NCBI GenBank assembly: GCA_036149055.1
Contig: JAYZQJ010000128.1
Location: forward strand, 97,317 to 161,316
DNA length: 64,000 nucleotides
From: Myxococcota bacterium
GTDB taxonomy: Bacteria > Myxococcota_A > Polyangia > Polyangiales > Sandaracinaceae
Reading direction: 5' to 3'
Positions 57,101-64,000 of this stretch are shown here, in pieces; within the stretch, counting starts at the first letter, position 1; the number at the start of each line of letters is the position of its first letter. The position numbers and the translations under genes are program-made. The notes under the pieces are model-generated. The model was given only the letters and a program-made list of their open reading frames with translations, was not told where the DNA came from and made no database searches.

Positions 57101-58731
57101 TCGCCCGCGTAGAAGCGCTCGTGCCAGTCGTGCGAGGTGGGCAGCTCGCCTCCCTCGGGGAGGAGCACCTTCAGCGGACGCGGCGCGTCGAAGAGGGTGC
57201 GCGCGGCCTCCGCCTGCTCCTCGGCGTGATGCTGCGCCTCGAGGCGGTCGAGGTCGGCGGCCGGCAGGAGCGGCTCGATCTGCGCGTGGCGGTCGTAGAC
57301 GCCGCTCACGTTGTGGATCTCCGCCATCGGGTAGACCAGGTTGCGCCCGGCCCACGCGCCCGCGGGACGGAAGTTACCGCTCTTCTTCACCCCGCCGAAC
57401 GGGAGGCGCGGGCTGGCCTTGTTGGTGCTCCGGTTGCGGTTGAGGATCCCGGTGCGCACTTCGCGCTCGTAGTGGCCGAAGCGCTCCAGGTCCTGGGTGA
57501 AGATGCTGTACGCGAAGCCGTAGGGCGACGCGTTCAGGGTCGCGATCACCTCGTCGTCGTCGTCGAAGGTCGAGACGCAGAGATCGGGGCCGAAGAGCTC
57601 CTCGTCGGTGTAGCCCGCGATGGCGGCCGCGCCGTCCGGGAGCCGGTGCAGCGAGGGGTCCACGAACGCGCCGCCGTCGCGCGGCCCGCCCTCGACCAGC
57701 ACCTCGGCGCCCGCCTCCCGGGCCTTGGCGATCGCCGCCACGAAGCGGTCTCGCGCGCCCATGGTGGCGAGCGGGCCGGCGAACGAGCCGGCGTCCTCGG
57801 GATCGCCGAAGGAGAGCCGCCCGAGCACCTCGCGCAGCCCGTCGACCAGGCGGTCGGCCAGGCTGCGGTGCACGAGCACGCGGTCCGAGCAGGTGCAGCG
57901 CTGGCCGGTCGTGAGGTAGCCGCTGGTGACGACCTCGTGGATGGCCTGGCGCACGTCGGCGTCCTCGCGGACCACGCACATGTTCTTGCCGCCCATCTCG
58001 AGCGCGAGCAGCATGTCCGGCCGATCGAGGGCCGCCTCGGCGATGCGGCGGCCGGTGCCCCACGAGCCGGTGAAGGCGAGGCCGCGCACGTTCGGGTCCT
58101 GGACGAGGGCCGCGCCCACCGCGCCGCCGCCTTGCACGACGTTGAGCACGCCGGGGGGGAGCCCCGCCGCGTGCGCCGCCTCGGCGTAGCGCTCGCCACA
58201 GAGCGGGGTCACCTCGCTCGGCTTGATCACCACCGTGTTGCCGAGCAGCAGCGCGGGTACGACGTGGGCGTGGCAGAGGTGGAGGGGGAAGTTGAACGGG
58301 CCGAGCACGCCGACCACCCCGTGCGGGCGGTAGCGGATCACCTCGGCGGGGAACCCGGGGATGGCGCCGCCCTGCAGCTCCGCGCGGACCTGCCCCTCGA
58401 CGAGGCCGAAGCGCCCGACCAGCGCCTTGATCTCGGTGCGGGCCTCGCTCCGGATCTTGCCCATCTCGCGGCTGATCGCCTCGCTCAGCCCGTCCTCGCG
58501 CTCGGCGAGGGCGGCGCGGAAGCGGGCCAGCGCCGCGAGCCGCCCGTCGAGCCCCAGCGCCTCCCAGGCCGGCTGCGCCGCGGCCGCCGCCTCGCTGGCG
58601 AGCCGGGCCCGGTCCGGCGAGCCCGCCGTCTCGAGCACCACCCGGCCCTCCCGCGCCGGGTCGTGGCTGGTGAGGGTCTCTCCGGTCGGGGCGTGGAAGC
58701 TCCCGTCGATGTAGTCGCCGCGCGGTTCCAT
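54142..58731 (-). CDS. Four-domain fusion: AstD-like aldehyde dehydrogenase, class III aminotransferase, GNAT acyltransferase, degenerate class III aminotransferase
   Basis: ALDH: PHGVVGVLGPFNFP, KPSE, FTGS, LEMGGKN, GQRCT, EELFGP, PFGG. Aminotransferase: SGAEANE, FEGSFHGRT, EPMQSEGG, DEVQCGFG, FAKRAQVG. GNAT: VHPGFRGHGIG. Last domain: VETASAYYRSG with no PLP lysine. Confidence 0.9.
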   Translation of the reverse strand: MEPRGDYIDGSFHAPTGETLTSHDPAREGRVVLETAGSPDRARLASEAAAAAQPAWEALGLDGRLAALARFRAALAEREDGLSEAISREMGKIRSEARTEIKALVGRFGLVEGQVRAELQGGAIPGFPAEVIRYRPHGVVGVLGPFNFPLHLCHAHVVPALLLGNTVVIKPSEVTPLCGERYAEAAHAAGLPPGVLNVVQGGGAVGAALVQDPNVRGLAFTGSWGTGRRIAEAALDRPDMLLALEMGGKNMCVVREDADVRQAIHEVVTSGYLTTGQRCTCSDRVLVHRSLADRLVDGLREVLGRLSFGDPEDAGSFAGPLATMGARDRFVAAIAKAREAGAEVLVEGGPRDGGAFVDPSLHRLPDGAAAIAGYTDEELFGPDLCVSTFDDDDEVIATLNASPYGFAYSIFTQDLERFGHYEREVRTGILNRNRSTNKASPRLPFGGVKKSGNFRPAGAWAGRNLVYPMAEIHNVSGVYDRHAQIEPLLPAADLDRLEAQHHAEEQAEAARTLFDAPRPLKVLLPEGGELPTSHDWHERFYAGDRYVRGEKKPPVFDHLRSKGPWMVSVDDAPMSVMDGMSQTATIPAGFGADAIVRAYVEGDFGDAPLASADTTLGDDPHAAAFADTLRSLAPGLPTVSFVNSGAEANEKAYALCRLQTGAERTKLLAFEGSFHGRTMLALYASWNPSKRVPFQIAGYEVDFAKAPAREVFADGEPIEPKGWTEVWGAGDVAGAQARWGASEDPLLAAEVAALAEVDAKLATETHFAVVIEPMQSEGGDRYVSARYHRALRLLTRAREVPLVVDEVQCGFGLGGAFLWHQRFGYVDADGNPDTPDCVCFAKRAQVGVCMSRFEDPEPTAAFPASLARGRLHAEEVGDGSEAARVEALVRPRLEALHRRWSHRIENPRADGFALAFDVADTDTLGAYLGQRFWRGAVVFGAGSRTVRYRLNSSFDERTIDLLFESMQRSLAWLEAHPGKKPPAWEDLPAPAGPEDRVSPPVTVRVADAGEKDALLASIVALEAEVYEEARRDDPEFLGLAFADGGVAVVAETEEGGAKRVIGSALAAPLEAIEGVEGPDRDPMRGRNNTLYSLAVTVHPGFRGHGIGRRLKQAQLERAREMSRYRHVTARNRLPDASSMAQLNDSLGAYTVFLLDGQYEGDGVARYYRQPLGRFEPDATAEVKGEVKREAPAHDLASGIARPFASPPASLVALHEAGALYGPTVNKVTVLNYLTPAVVRATEWVGALTPSLPHAYLCSSRDETVDKSVRVLRWHRPHAQKVISFEGTYVGHTAAGARSISDPATHAQGAPYFDWPRVPHPADGIDESLAALKAAIADAGGADQVFGLYLEVVQERTGRVVPDAFWPKLDALRAETGVPVVLVETASAYYRSGRGAFGHEGTGFSPDLMIWWTGGQLGFVHVTSPYLVDKPLTLVSTWDGDELSLVQMHHQLRAARQVDVTAAIAALDEALQGTTHRGLGLHRVLEGVDPASLEAAGIRAKRLAGDRLAITLQLDAALDQARALGAALSR

Positions 58732-58891
58732 GTGGCGCGGATGCTAGCAGCGAGGCCGGCCGAGGAAAGGACTCCGAGGTGCGCGTGGCGTTCTGCCTCG
58801 GGCGAGGGAAAACGCCATCGCACACGCGGCCGGTTTTGGGCTCGTAGCCCACGCGATCCGGCTGGCACCGAGGTTGCGGAGGGGGGGAGCC

Positions 58892-59713
58892 ATGACGATG
58901 ACCGAACGCCGAGATGCCCTGACCCGTGAAGAAGAACAAGCGCTGACGGAGCGACTCCGTGCCGGTTGCCCGCGGGCGCTGCACGAGCTCGTCGTGCGTC
59001 ACCGCCCGCTCGTCGCCGCCATGGCGAAGCGCTACGGCCGCCCCGGCGCGCCGCGCGAGGATCTGGTCCACGAAGGATTCGTAGGGCTGCTCGACGCGGC
59101 TGGCCGCTTCGACCCCGAGCGTGGGACCCGGTTCTCGACCTACGCGCGCTGGTGGGTGCGCTACTACATGCAGCGCTACGTCCGCGCGAACCGCCGCATG
59201 GTGACGCCCAGCAAGACGCGCAACATGCGCAAGCTCCGCCAGCGCCTCCGCAAGACGGCGCGGGCGATGGAGCAGAAGAAGGGCGACCGCGTGACCGCCG
59301 AGGAGCTCGCCGAGGTGCTCGAGGTGAGCGTCGACGAGGTGCTCGCGGTCCAGCACGAGCTCAGCTACCCCGACGTGCCGATCGCGGTCGACGACCCGCG
59401 CGCCGGCCACGACCCGGCCGACCACGCGACCCCCGAGGACGCGGCGGCCCAGGAGGAGCGTCGCCGGGTGGCGATGGAGCTGGCCGAGCGCGCCATGTCG
59501 GTGCTCGACGAGCGCGAGCGCCGCATCGTGAAGGAGCGCGTGCTCAGCGACGAGCGCCGCAGCCTGCGCGAGATCGGCGAGGCGCTGTCCGTGAGCGGCG
59601 AGCGCGTCCGCCAGATCGAGGCCAAGGCGCTGCAGAAGATGCGAAAGGCCCTCGAGAAGGCCAAGGCGGCCCCGATGGCGCGCGCCTGCGCCCGTGAAGC
59701 CCAGGCGGCTTGA
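58892..59713 (+). CDS. Sigma-70 family sigma factor (RpoH/SigB-like, regions 2-4)
   Basis: DLVHEGFVGLLDAAGRFDPERGTRFSTYARWW; SLREIGEALSVSGERVRQIEAKALQKMR. No canonical RpoH box. Confidence 0.92.
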   Translation: MTMTERRDALTREEEQALTERLRAGCPRALHELVVRHRPLVAAMAKRYGRPGAPREDLVHEGFVGLLDAAGRFDPERGTRFSTYARWWVRYYMQRYVRANRRMVTPSKTRNMRKLRQRLRKTARAMEQKKGDRVTAEELAEVLEVSVDEVLAVQHELSYPDVPIAVDDPRAGHDPADHATPEDAAAQEERRRVAMELAERAMSVLDERERRIVKERVLSDERRSLREIGEALSVSGERVRQIEAKALQKMRKALEKAKAAPMARACAREAQAA

Positions 59714-59775
59714 CGCGCGAGGCACGGCGAGAGAAGAACCGACGCCGCACCGCCACACGGGCCATACTCCCGGGC

Positions 59776-62532
59776 GTGCGGCGCTTCTTCGAGAGGCTCT
59801 CGCCGGGCCGGGGGATCGACAACGGCCGCCACGCGCTGGCGGCCGCCGCGACCCTGTTCACCCTGCTCGCCGGGCACACGGTGCTCGAGGTCGCGCGCGA
59901 CGCGCTCTTCCTCACCCACCTCCCGGCCGACCAGCTCCCGTTCACCTACCTGGGCATCGCCGCCGCCGCCTGGGTCGCGGCCCAGGTCGACCGCTTCCTG
60001 ATCGAGCGCTTCGACAAGCGGCGCATCTCGGTGCTGACGCTGCTCGTCGCCGCCGGGGGCACGGTCGCCTTCTGGGTGGGCTTCGACGAGGACACCTTCC
60101 TCGTCGCCCACGCCTTCTACGTGTGGATCGGGCTGGTCGCGACCTTCGCCGTCGCCCAGTTCTGGCGGCTGCTCGCCGACCTCTTCACCGTCGCCGAGGC
60201 CAAGCAGCTCTACGCCCGCATCGCGGCCGGCGGCTCGCTCGGCGCGGTGGCCGGCGCCTCGATCGCGCACTTCGCCCAGGGCTGGCTGCCGCCCCGCGGG
60301 CTCGTGCTCGTCGGCGCGGGCCTGCTGGCGCTGACCGCCGCCATCCCCGGGCTCTGCCTGCCGAGCTCGGAGCCCGCCGCCGAGCGCCCGCGGCGCCAGC
60401 CCGACGAGGCCACGGTGAAGGGCAGCCGCGGCTACGTGATGCGGCTCTTGCTCCTGGTCGCGCTGACGTCGATCACCGCGATCGTGGTCGACTACGTCTT
60501 CAAGGCGACCATCGACCGCGAGCTGAGCGCCGCCGAGCTCGGCCCGTTCTTCAGCAAGTTCTACCTCGTGCTCAACGTGGTCTCGCTGGTGGTGCAGCTC
60601 GCCATCGCGCCCCGCCTGCTGACCGCGCTCGGCGCGACGCGGGCGCTCGTGGTGCTGCCGGCGCTCCTGGCGATGGGCGCGGTCGGCGGGCTGATCGCGG
60701 GCGCCGCGGCGGGGGCGATGCTCCTGCCGGCCATCGGCCTGCGCGGCGCGGATGGGGCGCTCCGCCACTCTCTCCACCGCTCGGCCTTCGAGCTGCTCTA
60801 CCTGCCGCTCAGCCGGGAGATCCGCGACCGGTACAAGACCATCATCGACTCGATCGGGCAGCGGGGCGGCCAGGCCCTCGGCTCGGTCGGCATCCTCGGC
60901 GCCGGCCTCATCGGCCTCGGGACCGAGCACCTCGCGATGGCGATCGGCGCCCTGGCGATCGGCTGGGTGGTGCTGTCGTTGACCCTGCGGGGGCGCTACC
61001 TCGATCTCTTCCGCGCCAACCTGCGCGCCGGCACGGTCGAGACCCGGGTCGAGGTGCCCCAGCTCGACCTCGGCTCGCTCGAGTCGCTGATGCAGTCGCT
61101 CAACAGCGAGCGGGACGAGGAGGTGCTCGCGACGCTCGATGTGCTCGTCGACTACCAGCGCACCCGGCTCATCCCGGCGCTGCTCCTCTATCACCCGTCA
61201 CGGGCGGTGGTGATGCGCGCGCTCGAGCTCTTCGCCGACGACGAGCGCCGCGACTTCACCTCGGTCGCCCGGCGGCTGCTCGAGCGAGACGACGACGAGG
61301 TGCGCGCCGCCGCGATGCGCGCGCTCAGCGGCGTGCTGACGGAGGAGGAGCTCCGGCGCGAGCTCGAGCGAGATCACCCCCCGGCGGTCCGCGCGTCGGT
61401 GCTCGTCGCCCTAGTCGCGCGCGGCCTCGACGACGACGGCGCGGCCCGGGCGGAGATCGACGAGTGCGCGTCGAGCCACGAGCCGCACGTGCACCTCGCC
61501 CTCGCCCGCGCGGTGCGCCTCCAGGGAGACGCCTCGCTCGCCGTCGTCCTGCGCGAGCTGACCGAAGACGCCGAGCCCGAGCTGCGGCGCGAGCTCGCCC
61601 GCGGCTTCGGGGCGCTGCGCGACGTCGAGTCGCTGCCCACCCTGATCGGCTGGCTCGGCCCGCGCGGCGCCCGTCACGAGACCCGCGACGCCCTGCTCGC
61701 GCTCGGCGACGTCGGCCTCGAGGCGCTCGACGCCGCCTTCGACGATCGCTCGCTGCCCCGCCAGGTCCGCGGTCACCTGCCCCGCACCGTGTCGCGCTTC
61801 GGCAGCCCGCGGGCGGCGGAGATCCTCTTCGAGCGCCTGGACGACGAGCCGGACGGCTGGGTCCGCTACAAGATGCTGCGCGGGCTCCTCTCGCTCAGAG
61901 AGCAGCTGCCCCGGCTCGAGCTCGACGGCCAGCGGCTCGAGCAGATGGTGCGCAAGAACCTCGTGCGCGCCGCCGCGATGCTCGCGCGCCGGGTGATCGT
62001 CAGCCGCGCCCAGGAGAACGACGAGGCCTACCGGACCCGCGGCGGCGAGCTGTTCGCGTCGGCGCTGCTCGAGAAGGAGGAGCAGGCCCTCGACCGGGCG
62101 GTGCGCCTCATCGCGCTCGCGCACCCGCGCGAGGATCTGCGCCGCATCACCCACGCGCTCCGGCACGGCTCGCGCCGGCTGAAGGCGGAGAGCCGCGAGC
62201 TGCTCGGCGCGCTCACCTGGCTGAGCCTGGCCCCCGCGCTCGACGCCCTGCTCGACGACGCGCCGGACGAAGAGCGCCTCCGCCGGTCGCGCGACGCGCT
62301 CGGCCTCGAGGACGCGCCCGAGACCTACGAGGCGCTCCTGCGGGAGATGCTCGGCGACGAGAGCCAGGCGGTGCGCTCGATCGTCGCCTACCACATCGGC
62401 GAGCTCGGCCTCACCGATCTGGTCGAGCCGCTCCGCCAAGCCAGCGACGAGGCGACCGGCCTCTCCCGCGAGGTGGTGGCGCGGGCGCTCGAGATGCTCA
62501 CGCCGAGGGGGATGCGCGGTGTCCTCGCCTGA
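59776..62532 (+). CDS. Npt1/Npt2 (TLC)-like MFS transporter fused to HEAT repeats
   Basis: RDALFL, LPFTY, FYVW..QFW, AKQLY..GGSLG, ELLYLPL in a 12-TM region, followed by helical HEAT-like repeats. Start either GTG 59776 or TTG 59710. Confidence 0.85.
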   Translation: MRRFFERLSPGRGIDNGRHALAAAATLFTLLAGHTVLEVARDALFLTHLPADQLPFTYLGIAAAAWVAAQVDRFLIERFDKRRISVLTLLVAAGGTVAFWVGFDEDTFLVAHAFYVWIGLVATFAVAQFWRLLADLFTVAEAKQLYARIAAGGSLGAVAGASIAHFAQGWLPPRGLVLVGAGLLALTAAIPGLCLPSSEPAAERPRRQPDEATVKGSRGYVMRLLLLVALTSITAIVVDYVFKATIDRELSAAELGPFFSKFYLVLNVVSLVVQLAIAPRLLTALGATRALVVLPALLAMGAVGGLIAGAAAGAMLLPAIGLRGADGALRHSLHRSAFELLYLPLSREIRDRYKTIIDSIGQRGGQALGSVGILGAGLIGLGTEHLAMAIGALAIGWVVLSLTLRGRYLDLFRANLRAGTVETRVEVPQLDLGSLESLMQSLNSERDEEVLATLDVLVDYQRTRLIPALLLYHPSRAVVMRALELFADDERRDFTSVARRLLERDDDEVRAAAMRALSGVLTEEELRRELERDHPPAVRASVLVALVARGLDDDGAARAEIDECASSHEPHVHLALARAVRLQGDASLAVVLRELTEDAEPELRRELARGFGALRDVESLPTLIGWLGPRGARHETRDALLALGDVGLEALDAAFDDRSLPRQVRGHLPRTVSRFGSPRAAEILFERLDDEPDGWVRYKMLRGLLSLREQLPRLELDGQRLEQMVRKNLVRAAAMLARRVIVSRAQENDEAYRTRGGELFASALLEKEEQALDRAVRLIALAHPREDLRRITHALRHGSRRLKAESRELLGALTWLSLAPALDALLDDAPDEERLRRSRDALGLEDAPETYEALLREMLGDESQAVRSIVAYHIGELGLTDLVEPLRQASDEATGLSREVVARALEMLTPRGMRGVLA

Positions 62533-63478
62533 GCGCGCGGGAGAGCCCCTGGTCGGCCGCGTCGAGCGGCTGGTCGCGATGCGCAGCTTCCCCGGCTGGG
62601 GCGAGCTGCCGACCCGCGACCTGGTGACCCTCGGCGCGATCGCCACCCCCCGCCGCATCGGCGTCGGCGAGAAGGTCTTCCTCGAGGGCCAGCCCGTCCA
62701 GAGCGTGCTCCTCGTGCTCGACGGCGAGCTCGCCCTCAGCCGCGGGGGCAAGCGCCTCGGCCTCTACGGCCAGGGCTCCGGCGTCGGCGGCCTCGCCGCG
62801 TTCGCCCGCGACCCGCGCGGCTACGACTGCCTGGCCACCCGCGACTCGACGGTGCTCGAGCTGCACGCCGAGGACCTCGAGGAGCTCTTCGAGGATCGCT
62901 TCCCGATCCTGCTGGCGGTGATCCGCGAGCTCGCCCGCGAGAACATCGAGCTCCGCGAGAACCTCCCGCCCAGCGCGGGCTTCCCGGCGCGCGCCGAGGT
63001 CGGCGAGCAGTGCCCGGCCCAGGCGCTCGATCTCGTCGAGCGCATCTTCTTCCTTCGCAAGACCCTCGCCTTCGGCGCCGGCCGCATCGACAGCGTGGCC
63101 GAGCTCGCCAAGGGCAGCGAGGAGATCCGCGCGGCCGCGGGCGAGGTCATCTGGCGACGCGGCGACCGCGCCGACGGCGTGCTCGCGATCGTCTGCGGCA
63201 CCCTCCGCTGCAAGACCTCCGACGGCCTCGCCTTCGAGCTCGGCGCGGGCGACCTCGCCGGCGGCCTCGACGCCCTCGGCGGCGTCCCCCGCTGGTTCGA
63301 CGCCGAGGTCGGCGAGGGCCTCGTCGCGCTCTCGATGTCCCGCGATCTCACCGTCGACGTCTGGGAGGACCACCCCGACCTCGCCCTCGAGGTCCTCCAG
63401 GCCTTCGCCGCCGGCCTCCTCGCCCTGCTCGAGCGCGCCGCCGAAGCCCCGCCTCCCTCGTTCCCCACCATCCCTTGA
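62519..63478 (+). CDS. Protein with two tandem cyclic-nucleotide-binding domains
   Basis: VERL..MRS.P, GEKVFLEG, VLDG; second copy VERIFFLRK, GEVIWRRGD, GGVPRWFDA. Overlaps the upstream gene. Confidence 0.85.
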   Translation: MSSPERAGEPLVGRVERLVAMRSFPGWGELPTRDLVTLGAIATPRRIGVGEKVFLEGQPVQSVLLVLDGELALSRGGKRLGLYGQGSGVGGLAAFARDPRGYDCLATRDSTVLELHAEDLEELFEDRFPILLAVIRELARENIELRENLPPSAGFPARAEVGEQCPAQALDLVERIFFLRKTLAFGAGRIDSVAELAKGSEEIRAAAGEVIWRRGDRADGVLAIVCGTLRCKTSDGLAFELGAGDLAGGLDALGGVPRWFDAEVGEGLVALSMSRDLTVDVWEDHPDLALEVLQAFAAGLLALLERAAEAPPPSFPTIP

Positions 63479-63537
63479 AGCCTAGAGAGCCAGCGGCTCA
63501 CGCCCGATCGGAGGATCTGCGTGCGGTCCGAGGTTGG

Positions 63538-64000
63538 CTCTCGCCAAGCCGCAAAGCCGCAAAGGGACGAGCAGGCAGCGGGATGGACGCTCGCCACCGC
63601 TCGGCCGCCTGCTTGGTTGGCGTATCTGCGTGGAATCGAATTTTGTCTCACGCAGAGGCGCAGAGGGACGGGCAGGCAACGGGATGGACGCTCGCCACCG
63701 CTCGGCCGCCTGCTTGGTTGGCGTATCTGCGGGGAATCGAATTTGTCTCACGCAAAGACGCAAAGACGCAAAGGGACGGGCAGGCGGCGGGATGGACGCT
63801 CGCCACGGCTCGGCCCCTGCTTGATTGGCGTATCTGCATGGAATCGAACTTGTCTCACGCAGAGGCGCAGAGGCGCAGAGGGACGGGCAGGCAACGGGAT
63901 GGACGCTCGCCACCGCTCGGCCGCCTGCTTGGTTGGCGTATCTGCGTGGAATCGAATTTGTCTCTCGCCAAGCCGCCAAGCCGCAAAGGGGACGGGCAGG
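63538..64000 (+). repeat. Tandem array (at least 4.4 units, truncated by window end) of the 101-108-bp octamer-core repeat
   Basis: GGGATGGACGCTCGCCAC recurs at 63580, 63681, 63789 and 63896. A near-constant ~80-bp segment alternates with variable octamer runs. Confidence 0.92.

Noticed and set aside
63538..64000. CRISPR array
   Set aside because: The constant part is about 80 bp, the variable part is periodic octamers rather than unique spacers, and no cas genes are in the window.

Overview
Very GC-rich bacterial chromosomal window. It is most consistent with a myxobacterium (Myxococcota, Polyangia/Sandaracinaceae-like). This is an inference from MYXO-CTERM tails, DAG-linker lipoproteins, Cys/Asp-rich MopE-type repeats, Ser/Thr kinases and an FGE-type lipoprotein. 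About 46 probable genes are present: aspS, a DTW tRNA-modification protein, several transporters, LysR, NrtR, a sigma factor, a hybrid kinase and many secreted Cys-rich proteins. I could not see any rRNA, tRNA, CRISPR array, transposase, integrase or reverse transcriptase. Highlights: (1) a 3121-aa surface protein with an internal MYXO-CTERM running straight into a lipoprotein signal, a possible polyprotein; (2) a 1529-aa AstD-like ALDH / class III aminotransferase / GNAT / dead-aminotransferase fusion; (3) a 3.6-kb repeat-dense region (50.6-54.1 kb) where a four-helix-bundle gene sits between composite direct repeats, with large hairpins and opposed 21-mer arrays; (4) a ~105-bp repeat family with variable octamer cores, forming two oppositely oriented arrays at 53.8 kb and 63.5 kb; (5) a dispersed REP-like motif; (6) a recurring YANNNT-N5-9-start pattern suggesting leaderless genes. 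Family assignments come from motif recognition by eye, not database searches.
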